DNA from: Deltaproteobacteria bacterium
GTDB lineage: Bacteria; Desulfobacterota; Desulfobacteria; Desulfobacterales; B30-G6
Length of the DNA stretch: 44,276 nucleotides
NCBI GenBank assembly: GCA_024639645.1
Contig: JAHEIB010000002.1
Location: 1 to 44,276 of the forward strand
Direction of reading: 5' to 3'
The notes below the pieces were generated by a model. It was not told the origin of the DNA and ran no database searches. It worked only from the letters and a program-made list of their open reading frames with translations. Both the position numbers and the translations under genes were made by a program. Position 1 is the stretch's first letter, and every line of letters begins with the position of its first letter. This document shows positions 35,260-43,714 of this stretch, in pieces.

Positions 35260-35811
35260 TCAAGAAATATTTGGGTCTATCAAACTTTGCCTGAAGGCTT
35301 CAAAAATATCGCCAAATCTTAAAACACCCGTAACCTCATTGCCAGCATTTTTTACTATGAGTGGCTGATGAACACCCATAATATAAATGTGCATTGCCTT
35401 TTCAAGGTTTTCTTCTTCTTTAATATATTCTATTTGTTCTGGAATATGCATTACGTCAGCGACCTTTAATTGACCGGCTCGATCACGAATGGTTTGAGTC
35501 GGTTCCAACCACAAATTAAAATCTTCGGCTATCTTCATATAAGCCCCGGCAGAGAGCATACTCGCTGTTTTATGTTGTTGTTTGACTCTACTATAGTTAG
35601 GCTCCAATGCCTTAAAAATATCGATCATGGTTACCTTACCTAAAAGGGCACCATTTTCATCAAGCACAATTGAGTCTTTATGGAGAGATTCGTCCTTTGA
35701 TTTTTTAGTTTGATCCAAGGCCTGAAAAACATCCAGCAGGCTATAATCCTTTTGAACTGTCAAGCAATACGATAAAGGTATCATTACGTCAGCGACCAGG
35801 ATCTGTTTCAT
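35260..35811 (-). CDS. CBS-domain pair protein
   Basis: 183 aa with two CBS-like repeats (VADVM...; VTGVLRFGDIFEAF). Confidence 0.8.
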   Translation of the reverse strand: MKQILVADVMIPLSYCLTVQKDYSLLDVFQALDQTKKSKDESLHKDSIVLDENGALLGKVTMIDIFKALEPNYSRVKQQHKTASMLSAGAYMKIAEDFNLWLEPTQTIRDRAGQLKVADVMHIPEQIEYIKEEENLEKAMHIYIMGVHQPLIVKNAGNEVTGVLRFGDIFEAFRQSLIDPNIS

Positions 35812-35923
35812 ACACTCTCCTATCTAAAAACCATTTGGGTTAAGGAAGATAAGGCACTTTAATCTGGGAAATTTAAAATTAAATATATTTAATGTGTTGT
35901 CAATCCAAATTTCACGTTTTATA

Positions 35924-35973
35924 GGGCTTGTCAGAAAAACGGACCTCAATCGGACCGTTTTTCTGACAAGCCC
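35924..35973. repeat. Family-A hairpin repeat, copy 3 (minimal palindrome)
   Basis: The sequence is gggcttgtcagaaaaacggacctcaatcggaccgtttttctgacaagccc, with arms of about 19-22 bp. The flanks tata / aatagatt resemble those of copy 2. Confidence 0.8.
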
Positions 35974-36416
35974 AATAGATTCCCACACAATAATTGCAAC
36001 GCCCACCGGTACAGATATCCCATTTATTACAAAAATGCAAAAAAAGGCAAATCCCATAGAATTGACATTGCCCTTTTTAACAATAAATCTTCAGAAAAAA
36101 ATTGTTACGGTGAGGTTAAAATTTCTTTGATTATGTCAACCGATAGATTTTATTGATGATCAAACCTTATGTGACATAAGCTCTAGTTGGGAGGGGTCTA
36201 CGGGAATGAACGAATCAACTATATTTCGGCGTTGGCCGAATTAAGGAGATTTCTTTGTTAATTCAAAAATAAAGCATTCGTTATCGGTCAAGGATTGATA
36301 GTAAAAAAAAGTAACTTCCAAGTTATCTATGGCCGGTGCTGATAACATATAGGGTATCAGTCATTTTTTGGAATAACGATGGGTGGGCGATGAATAAAAT
36401 CGCTGATTTGATCAAA

Positions 36417-37853
36417 CTATTTCCATGAGGCCTGCATTTTATCGAGCTCTTTCACAATATCATCATCCAACGTTTTTGGCCGATGCTTCATGGCTTCCAG
36501 GGTCATCTCCTGGAGTCTTTGTTCAAAACGTTTCGAACCGGCCTTCTCCCAATCCGCATATATGCTGCGATCGAAAAGATCGGAATAGCGAATGTGTCTA
36601 AAATGATCCATGGTATGGGATTCTTGAATGTAATTGCCAGTCGGCCCCACTTTGTGTATCAGGTCCAAGGCCAAGTGCTCGTCATCCAGCGGTAACCCTT
36701 TCATAAAATGATCTACGGCATCGACGATCTCGTTAACCAGCACCATAAACTCCGGACTCGCCAGGGAACCATGGTCCATCCAGCTCCCGCAGTCATGGAC
36801 CAGGCCTGAACCAGTAGCAGCAGCGATCAAACACTGAAATGTTGCTTCCGCACCGGCTTGTGCATCACAGAACTTGGCGTCGGTGGCACCGGCTGTACCA
36901 AAAAACGGCAGACCATAGTGCTGGGCCATTTGGGCCAGGGCCGCTGTCATCAGGGACATTTCACAGGCACCATATGAAAATACGGTGGTGCGCATATCCA
37001 TGATCGTCGTAAAGGCACCGGCAACAAACGGGGCGCCAGGATTGGCAAACTGATGCAGCACCAAGCCACTGAGGGTTTCGGCATTGCCCTGAACCACTGT
37101 GCCGGTCAGGGTCGCCGGAGCCGTCCCCGCCGCCTGAGGCGCCGGTGAATTAATCACCGGGATATGGTTCTCCGCACAGTAAAGAATCTTGTCCACAGCA
37201 GGACCATAGTATGCCAAGGGTGAAATGGGCTCTGAGTAGTGAAGCAGGCAGGGAAGCCTCTCGAAGTTTTCTTTGCCGCCACACAGCAGCAGGGCCATTT
37301 CAAATATGTCTTTGCTGTTGGCCGTGTCCTTGCTGCAGAAAGCCACTGGTTTTTCGCTGTATTCTAATGCATTACGTGCAATCACCCGGTCAGCAACATC
37401 CGGCGGTACATCATCGGCCATACCGATGAACATACTCCAGTGAAGGTGAGGCAGAGCGTCACACAAGGCAGCGGTCACTTTCACGTTGTCACTCACGAAG
37501 CGACTGCGGGCATGGGTTTGAGGGTCCATATAGTCAACACAGTCCAGACTCGTTCCAAAGTACGTCTTGTCGCGCTCCAGAATGATGGTCCGTTTCCCGG
37601 TCCGGGTCCCCAAAACTAGCCGGTGAGGGGCCCTGCGAATGGCCTCTTCAACCATCCATGACGGCATACGCACCCGATTACCATCCACACGGGCACCACT
37701 ATCGCTTAGGATCTCCAAGGCCCGGGCATGGGGTATGTCAACACCGGTCCGCTCCAAAACATCTAGCGTGGCACAGTGAAGCTGATTGATCTGTTCCTGG
37801 TTAATTACCTGCAGATGTGGTTTAAAGTAGATTTCATCGTTTATCATTCCCAT
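36417..37853 (-). CDS. MttB-superfamily (trimethylamine methyltransferase-like) protein, non-pyrrolysine type
   Basis: 478 aa with an N-terminus typical of the family (QINQLHCATLDVLERTGVDI...ALEIL..SGARVDGNRVRMP...VEEAIRRAP). The ORF is uninterrupted, with no in-frame TAG. Confidence 0.88.
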   Translation of the reverse strand: MGMINDEIYFKPHLQVINQEQINQLHCATLDVLERTGVDIPHARALEILSDSGARVDGNRVRMPSWMVEEAIRRAPHRLVLGTRTGKRTIILERDKTYFGTSLDCVDYMDPQTHARSRFVSDNVKVTAALCDALPHLHWSMFIGMADDVPPDVADRVIARNALEYSEKPVAFCSKDTANSKDIFEMALLLCGGKENFERLPCLLHYSEPISPLAYYGPAVDKILYCAENHIPVINSPAPQAAGTAPATLTGTVVQGNAETLSGLVLHQFANPGAPFVAGAFTTIMDMRTTVFSYGACEMSLMTAALAQMAQHYGLPFFGTAGATDAKFCDAQAGAEATFQCLIAAATGSGLVHDCGSWMDHGSLASPEFMVLVNEIVDAVDHFMKGLPLDDEHLALDLIHKVGPTGNYIQESHTMDHFRHIRYSDLFDRSIYADWEKAGSKRFEQRLQEMTLEAMKHRPKTLDDDIVKELDKMQASWK

Positions 37854-37993
37854 GTTGCCTCTCCTTTAAGGAAATTGTGGCAGGATCTATCTTGGGGAAT
37901 AGCCTAAGTATATCGGATCGCTTCATGGCATAAAGTTTTACCTTAAAAATTGAATAATTGCAATAAATCGGATATCAACGCGATCCCTTCCAC

Positions 37994-38453
37994 TTGAACG
38001 GCAATAGCGAGCGCATCCCCCGCAGCAAGCTGCTATTCGTGGGTTAGAACCACTATTTTTCATAATCCGTCCGGAGTGCGCGCGATCTACGGTCGTGAAT
38101 AAGGCTAAAGCCTCTCAACACAGCTTGCCCGAGTATCTCCTGACATACCTCAAGTCACCTGATGCTTAAACCGATTAAAGCCTTTCAATAAAGGGTTATT
38201 ATTAACAAGTTCATATTTCGCTTGCTTGAGCCTGTAGCGGCTGCATCATAGCCCAGATAAAACCGACGAGTTCACATACTATCGCCGTAATCACGACCGG
38301 CCGTAGCTTGCATTTCATGGTAAGAGACCAATAGCGTTTATGTAAGCGTTTAAGGCTCTTGTGCGCAATATTGGCACTATGGGGATTGATCCGGGCTAAC
38401 TCTTGGCGCACGGCAGAACATTCCTCGCAGCTTGCTGCGAGGTTCTTCAATTC
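37994..38453 (-). mobile_element. decayed IS110/IS1111-like element bounded by family-B end modules
   Basis: Read on the minus strand: a 5' module aattgaagaacctcgcagcaagctgcgaggaatgttctgccg (38453..38411, like the first 44 nt of B3), then a transposase C-terminal fragment, then about 165 nt of non-coding sequence, then a 3' module gggggatgcgctcgctattgccgttcaa (like the 3' ends of B4 and B1). Confidence 0.45.
38211..38408 (-). pseudogene. C-terminal fragment of an IS110-family (DEDD) transposase
   Basis: The peptide ...INPHSANIAHKSLKRLHKRYWSLTMKCKLRPVVITAIVCELVGFIWAMM resembles the conserved tail of IS110-family transposases (..fY.RL...GK..KvAivAvARKLl.iiwaML). Only about 65 codons remain. 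Confidence 0.4.
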
Positions 38454-38678
38454 GGTGAAATCTTTTGTTTTACGGAATGCTCTGATTTGTAAATTTGAAA
38501 TGGAGGCCTTTTTTCGGGCATTTATAACTAAAAAGGACCTGTACAGATATCTTTAGCAGGTGCTGAACACATATCTGGCATCTTGAATTATTTATGAATA
38601 ACGATGCGTTATATCTATCTATGATTTCCCCAAATATTCATAATACTACAACCATGACCCGTTCCGATGCAATGGTTT

Positions 38679-39800
38679 CTAATGGCTGGGTGTCAACTTT
38701 AAAAGGCGACCACCGGAACCGTCTTCGAGCACGTACAAACCACCTTCGGGTCCCTGTTCGACCTCGCGTATGCGTTCACCCCATTTAAAGCGTTCGGCTT
38801 CTTTGGCGGTTTCTCCTTTTAAATCAACATGAATAAGGGCTCTTGATACAAGTCCACCGATAAGTGCACTGCCTCTCCACCCGGGAAACATGCCACCATC
38901 ATAAATTACAAGACCGGACGGTGCAATGGAGGGCACCCAAAATGCCCGGGGAGCTTCGAAATCAGGACGGGTGTCATGATCGGGAATCGGTACACCCGAA
39001 TAGTGGTCACCGTTTGATACGATCGGCCAGCCATAATTTTTACCAGCAATGATCAAATTCAACTCATCGCCGTGACGCGGGCCCATTTCATGGACCCACA
39101 AACGTCCGTCAGCATCGAAATCGATACCCAGCATATTGCGGTGGCCGATGGTCCAGAACTGCTTGGCAATCTCACCACGATTTTGCCACGGATTGTCAGT
39201 GGGAACTGTTCCGTCGTCGTTTAAGCGCAGCACCTTACCAAGATGGCCGTCAAAATTTTGGGCCGGTGTAAGCTTCTGGCGGTCTCCAGAGGTAATGAAC
39301 ATTTTACCGTCTGGGCCGAACGCGATGCGATGGCTATAATGTCCTTTGCCTGTAACTTTTGGCTCCTGAGCCCACAGTCTTTCCACCGATGCGAGTTTCA
39401 GCGTAGGGTCTTTTAGATTAAGCTTTGCGCGGACCAACACCGCCCCGATACTGGTGTTATCATAGCCGCGTTCGGCATAAGACAAATAGACCCAGGAATT
39501 ATGTTCAAAATCAGGATGCAGCACAACATCGCCCAGGCCGCCTTGACCGCCATAGGCGACTTTCCACAAGCCCTGTACCTCCTTTTTCGATCCGTCGCTG
39601 GCAACATGCCACAGGGCCCCTCTCTTCTCGGTCACCAAAAGCGTGTTATCGGGCAGAAAAGTCATTGCCCAAGGCTCATCAAAAGTAGCAACTCGCTTGG
39701 CTGCAAGTACGGTGCCCTTCGTGCCCTCAATTGGAAAGTCTGTGCCTGCAGCCGGCACAGCCGTTGTAATGATAATCAGCGAGAAGATAAACAAGCGCAT
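38679..39800 (-). CDS. PQQ-dependent soluble sugar (glucose/sorbosone) dehydrogenase, secreted
   Basis: 373 aa with a signal peptide ([19 protein letters not shown]) and beta-propeller motifs [29 protein letters not shown] and [16 protein letters not shown]. Confidence 0.88.
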   Translation of the reverse strand: MRLFIFSLIIITTAVPAAGTDFPIEGTKGTVLAAKRVATFDEPWAMTFLPDNTLLVTEKRGALWHVASDGSKKEVQGLWKVAYGGQGGLGDVVLHPDFEHNSWVYLSYAERGYDNTSIGAVLVRAKLNLKDPTLKLASVERLWAQEPKVTGKGHYSHRIAFGPDGKMFITSGDRQKLTPAQNFDGHLGKVLRLNDDGTVPTDNPWQNRGEIAKQFWTIGHRNMLGIDFDADGRLWVHEMGPRHGDELNLIIAGKNYGWPIVSNGDHYSGVPIPDHDTRPDFEAPRAFWVPSIAPSGLVIYDGGMFPGWRGSALIGGLVSRALIHVDLKGETAKEAERFKWGERIREVEQGPEGGLYVLEDGSGGRLLKLTPSH

Positions 39801-40034
39801 GGTTGTGAGTCCTTTTTTGTTTTTTTACGATTTGAAGACAAAAGGCACCGTCCAAAAATTAAATCAAGCATATAATATGGTCGCATTATTTTCTTTATAG
39901 ATAATTAACCAATAACATATATTTTTGATAATTGGGCAGAGTATCCTAATTGCCACTAAAGGTTTAGGATTATGCATTCCCATATTTATATTCGTGCGGT
40001 TTCCGCTGAATGCGAGTACGATAAAATCTACAAC

Positions 40035-40646
40035 CTATTTATTGATCCTTTTAGCAATCTCTGCAACATGTTTGCCTTGAAACCTTGCGCCGTCCAATTC
40101 ATTTTCACTTGGCATTCTCTCCCCAGACCCACCTGCGATCGTCGAAGCGCCATAGGGGGAACCACCTGTCACCTCGTCAATCTTCATCTGGCCCTGAAAG
40201 GCATAAGGTAGCCCTACGATTACAAAACCGTGATGTAGCAGCGAAATGTGAAAAGATAAGATGGTGGATTCCTGGCCACCATGCTGTGTGGCGCTGCTGG
40301 TAAACACGCTGCCGACCTTGCCCACCAGATCGCCCTGTGCCCAAAGTTGTCCTGTAGCATCCAGAAATTGGCGCATCTGCCCGCACATGTTTCCAAAGCG
40401 TGTCGGTGTGCCGAATATCACAGCATCAGCCGAGGCCAATTCGTCCACGGTGCAGACGGGCACATGGGAAATGGCCTTCTGTGCATTTACGGCGCCCATT
40501 TGTTCGAGTATTTCGTCAGGCAGGGTCTCAGGAACGCGCCGCATGGCGGCCTCGGCACCATCGACCTGTTTTACGCCTTCAGCGATCGCCTCGGCCATTT
40601 TATGTACATGTCCATAGGTGGAATAATAAACGATCAGTACTTTCAT
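40035..40646 (-). CDS. wrbA: NAD(P)H:quinone oxidoreductase, WrbA type (flavodoxin-like)
   Basis: 203 aa with [34 protein letters not shown] and GGQESTI. Confidence 0.92.
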   Translation of the reverse strand: MKVLIVYYSTYGHVHKMAEAIAEGVKQVDGAEAAMRRVPETLPDEILEQMGAVNAQKAISHVPVCTVDELASADAVIFGTPTRFGNMCGQMRQFLDATGQLWAQGDLVGKVGSVFTSSATQHGGQESTILSFHISLLHHGFVIVGLPYAFQGQMKIDEVTGGSPYGASTIAGGSGERMPSENELDGARFQGKHVAEIAKRINK

Positions 40647-40683
40647 TGGATGATCCTCCTTTTATTTATTTTGGCTCATGAAG

Positions 40684-41214
40684 CTAAAACCGATAACTCA
40701 CCGAGATAAATTCATAGTGGAACCAGGCAAAGCTATAGACCGTATCATTGTCAGCACCCCCTTCCAATGTCCGTGATTTTTTTCCGGTGTTTTTCAGGCT
40801 TTCCCAGCCATCTATTTTAACCTGAGGATGCATCACAAGACCGGCGCTTTTGTGATGCAAAATATTCTCGTCAACCCGTATGAGATTGGGATAATACTTT
40901 TCCGTTTCCAGCTCCCGGATTCTGCCGGTGCCCCCATCGAATTCACCGGCATTTAAATTGATCAAGGGGCGCTCGTCAGGATGGTAGGCCATAGAAAAGG
41001 GTAATCCGAGTCTTCCAAACGCCTCCGTGTATATCAGTTGGTATACCTTGTAAGTTGGAGAGATTTTTGGAAATGGCGTAGTAAACCGGATTGTTTTTGG
41101 GTTTGCAAGCTCAGATGCAAAGGCAGGCATGTTGATAACGGGAGCCAGGACCCCGATAACGCAAAATAGTGCCAGCATAAATAGAAAGAATCTACTAATC
41201 ATTTGTTTTTCCAT
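40684..41214 (-). CDS. secreted substrate-binding-protein-like fragment (probably truncated)
   Basis: 176 aa with a signal peptide, then a type-3 SBP-like N-lobe (TEAFGRLGLPFSMAYHPDERPLINLNAGEFDGG...YPNLIRVDE). It is shorter than usual, and the last roughly 30 aa are compositionally odd. Confidence 0.5.
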   Translation of the reverse strand: MEKQMISRFFLFMLALFCVIGVLAPVINMPAFASELANPKTIRFTTPFPKISPTYKVYQLIYTEAFGRLGLPFSMAYHPDERPLINLNAGEFDGGTGRIRELETEKYYPNLIRVDENILHHKSAGLVMHPQVKIDGWESLKNTGKKSRTLEGGADNDTVYSFAWFHYEFISVSYRF

Positions 41215-41460
41215 GTGGTGTTTGCCTCAGAACCATAAAATATATTTCAGATTATTTTCCCAATGCAATCCTGAATGTTTTATGAAGAGATAGCGGCTAT
41301 GGTGATTCCAGTTGCGAGGTTAATGCTACATAAGTCTGATATTATTAGACTTTTTTCTTCGCTATGTTCGTTTTATTATCACAGTAAACCGCTCTTAGCA
41401 ACCAAGTCTCCGGTTCCGAAGTTCGCAAAAGTATGCGACTAAATTTATGTGTCTTGGGAA

Positions 41461-41541
41461 GATTGAAGAGCACCCTGCGGCAAGCTGCAGGGAATGTTCT
41501 GCCGTTCGGCAGTGCTTCGCATGCTGCGAGGCTCTTCAATC
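41461..41541. repeat. Family-B repeat, copy B3 (81 bp with perfect 11-bp terminal inverted repeats)
   Basis: The sequence runs gattgaagagc ... gctcttcaatc. The left half matches the 5' end of the IS110-like remnant, and the right half is the reverse complement of the B1 5' module. Confidence 0.85.
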
Positions 41542-41592
41542 CTCCCCGGAATCTCTTTTTTTATTGCCCCGCTCGTCCGATTCATCCATAAT

Positions 41593-41660
41593 GATTGAAG
41601 AGTACCCCGCAGCCCGTTTCATATAATCTACGGGGAATGCGCTCGCTATTGCCGTTCAAA
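41593..41660 (+). repeat. Family-B repeat, copy B4
   Basis: The sequence is gattgaagagtaccccgcagcccgtttcatataatctacggggaatgcgctcgctattgccgttcaaa, with a B-type 5' terminus and a B-type 3' module. Confidence 0.75.
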
Positions 41661-41687
41661 TTCCAACCATCACCAAAGGAAAATCTC

Positions 41688-41855
41688 ATGAGCAACTGCG
41701 AAAAATGCGCCTTCAGGGCAAAATACGATAAATCCCCCCAATCATTTCTGGGACGGCTATGGAAATGGCATATCCGGTGGTGTCCCGGATGGAAATCACA
41801 CCTGCGGTCCAAGCCCCCGGAGGAACGGGAAAAGCTGCTGAAGCAATACAAGTAA
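41688..41855 (+). CDS. small Cys/Trp-rich hypothetical protein (55 aa)
   Basis: Taken from ORF 41595..41855, with the start moved to ATG 41688 after AAAGGAAAA, because the upstream part is repeat B4. The peptide MSNCEKCAF...LWKWHIRWCPGWKSHL has a CxxC ... WCPGW pattern. Confidence 0.5.
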   Translation: MSNCEKCAFRAKYDKSPQSFLGRLWKWHIRWCPGWKSHLRSKPPEEREKLLKQYK

Positions 41856-41913
41856 GCTTTTTAGGCTGTTAGACTATAGGCTGTAGGCCGCTAACAGCCT
41901 ACAGTTTGAACAC

Positions 41914-42678
41914 CTACAGACTATATTTCTGATCGTTTAGGCGATCAGAAATAAACGGCACCAGTTCCTTGAAATCCACCTGCATCTCGTCCGCTTCGCG
42001 CCTGGGCTCCCCATTTTCATATGAAATACCGAAATATTTATGGATCTTTAAGCGGTGTCTGGCACAAAACACTTTGAGGGAAGGTTTGGCCATGCTGGCC
42101 ACACAAATGGCATTCTGCTCCATTGCCCACTTGAAGTGAGGTCCATCCCCACCGCTGTCACCCATGACCAGGATGTTTTGGGGTGGAATCTGAAAGTGCC
42201 TTGCAGCCAAAGCCGTGTTGATGGGTTTGCCGGTAATTTCCTGCAGTTTAAAAAGGATTTTGGGATCACTTTTACTGTCCGGAAAAATCAGACCCGGATG
42301 TGCTGACAGCGCCGAAACCCGGGGCAGCAGTTTTTTTGCAAAAACACGCTGAAAATATCCCATGGACCCGGTGGTGTTGATCATGAAAAGGATATTGTTG
42401 GAAAGACAGGCTTCGATCAGTTCAGAAACACCCGTATAATGGGCATATTTCCGGTCAAGATAGTCATCCATTTGGTCGGCATTCAGGAGCGCCGGGAGAA
42501 GCCCGAGGCAACGCTTCATGGCAACGCTCAGTGAGATCTCATTTCCGGTGTACTGCTTAAAGATGGCAGTCAGTTCCGACGTATGCTCCGGGTAAACAAA
42601 TGCCATGCAGTCAAAAGGCCCGTTGGGGGAAAGACATTCGCTCCAGTCTGATGAGATCAAGCCGCGGTATTTAGCCAT
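41914..42678 (-). CDS. hypothetical protein, possibly HAD-like fold
   Basis: 254 aa. GLISSDWSECL sits at the position of HAD motif I and MGDSGGDGPHF resembles motif IV, but the assignment is weak. Confidence 0.55.
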   Translation of the reverse strand: MAKYRGLISSDWSECLSPNGPFDCMAFVYPEHTSELTAIFKQYTGNEISLSVAMKRCLGLLPALLNADQMDDYLDRKYAHYTGVSELIEACLSNNILFMINTTGSMGYFQRVFAKKLLPRVSALSAHPGLIFPDSKSDPKILFKLQEITGKPINTALAARHFQIPPQNILVMGDSGGDGPHFKWAMEQNAICVASMAKPSLKVFCARHRLKIHKYFGISYENGEPRREADEMQVDFKELVPFISDRLNDQKYSL

Positions 42679-42753
42679 CTATGAACACCCCTCTTCATCC
42701 AAAAAAATCCTTTGATAAACATATTCTTTTGGTTAAAATTCATGATCCTTTAT

Positions 42754-42807
42754 CCTGCGGGTATCATTCGCTTCGCGCGTCATTTATTGTTGTTAGTAGC
42801 TATTCGC
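42754..42807. repeat. Family-D intergenic repeat, copy 3 (inverted relative to copies 1 and 2)
   Basis: The sequence cctgcgggtatcattcgcttcgcgcgtcatttattgttgttagtagctattcgc is followed by an aacacctaaaac array. Confidence 0.7.
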
Positions 42808-42871
42808 TGAATCTAAAATTTAACACCTAAAACTTAACACGGTATATTTTCCCCTGGGACCCTTCCTATCC

Positions 42872-43672
42872 CTATCTCCCTTTGAAAACCGGCTTCCTTT
42901 TTTTCAGAAATGCTGCCTGTCCTTCCTTGAGATCCGCACTCTCCAGGGATTTCTGCACAAGTTGTTTGGCCTCGGCCTGCTGTTGTGCATTCAGACGATC
43001 CGATGTTGAAAGCAGATTGAGGATGCGCTTGATCCCTTTGAGAGACAAGGGGGCATTGGCGGCAATCTCTTGTGCCAGCACATGGGTAAAGGCCGTCAAC
43101 TCGTCACAGGGCAAAACATAATCCACCAGACCCATTTCTTTCAGGCGGTCTGTTTTGTATCGACGGGCTGTAAAGAACATTTCCTTGGTCCGGGGCAGGC
43201 CGATGGCCCTTACAAAGCGCTGAAGACCCTCCGGGAAATAAACCATTCCCAGACGGGCCGGTACCATCCCCATCTGCACATGCTCTGCGGCAATCCGCAT
43301 GTCACACGCCACAGCCAGATCGCAAGCCCCGCCGAATGCAAAGCCGTTCAGCATAGCAATGACGGGATAGGGAAAATCGACGATGCTCTCGACAGCAAGT
43401 TCAAAGGGACTCTTGTTTTGCAACAGTTTCTGCACTTCTGGGGACACACCCGTTGGAATGGCATTGATGTCGTACCCCGATGAAAAAGCCTTGTCGCCCG
43501 CCCCCCGAAGAATCACCACCCGAATGTCATCTTGGGATGCATGTCTTTGCAGCACCTGGTAAAGTTGAACCAGCATTTCCGGCGTCAGGGCATTGCGCTT
43601 ATCCGGACGGTTGAGGGTCAACGTGAGGATGCTGCCCTCTTCTTGTGTCAATAATTGATCGGTTTTTTGCAT
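42872..43672 (-). CDS. enoyl-CoA hydratase/isomerase family protein
   Basis: Taken from ORF 42872..43684, with the start moved to ATG 43672 after GGGGA. It has the motifs GAGDKAFSSGYD and EGQAAFLKKRKPVFKG. Confidence 0.88.
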   Translation of the reverse strand: MQKTDQLLTQEEGSILTLTLNRPDKRNALTPEMLVQLYQVLQRHASQDDIRVVILRGAGDKAFSSGYDINAIPTGVSPEVQKLLQNKSPFELAVESIVDFPYPVIAMLNGFAFGGACDLAVACDMRIAAEHVQMGMVPARLGMVYFPEGLQRFVRAIGLPRTKEMFFTARRYKTDRLKEMGLVDYVLPCDELTAFTHVLAQEIAANAPLSLKGIKRILNLLSTSDRLNAQQQAEAKQLVQKSLESADLKEGQAAFLKKRKPVFKGR

Positions 43673-43714
43673 TGGTTTCCCCAATCCGGATATAAGGTGA
43701 TATTTCTAAAAATA

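Noticed and set aside
35824-36130. ORFs 35824..36057 and 35894..36130 as genes
   Set aside because: They are mutually overlapping on opposite strands, span the A3 palindrome, and have no RBS or recognisable motifs.
36417-37853. Pyrrolysine (in-frame TAG) recoding in the MttB homologue
   Set aside because: The ORF is continuous with no internal amber codon, and no pyl genes are in the window.
41345-41539. Short ORFs with recurring AACEALPN-type peptides (19074..19256, 23311..23523, 41345..41539, the first 14 codons of 38211..38450) as a small-protein family
   Set aside because: The shared peptide is simply the translation of the family-B DNA repeat. The copies occur in both orientations, and the frames and ends differ between them.
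19055-41660. Repeat families A, B and D as a CRISPR array or arrays
   Set aside because: The copies are kilobases apart, they occur in both orientations with genes in between, and there is no regular repeat-spacer periodicity. No cas genes are present.
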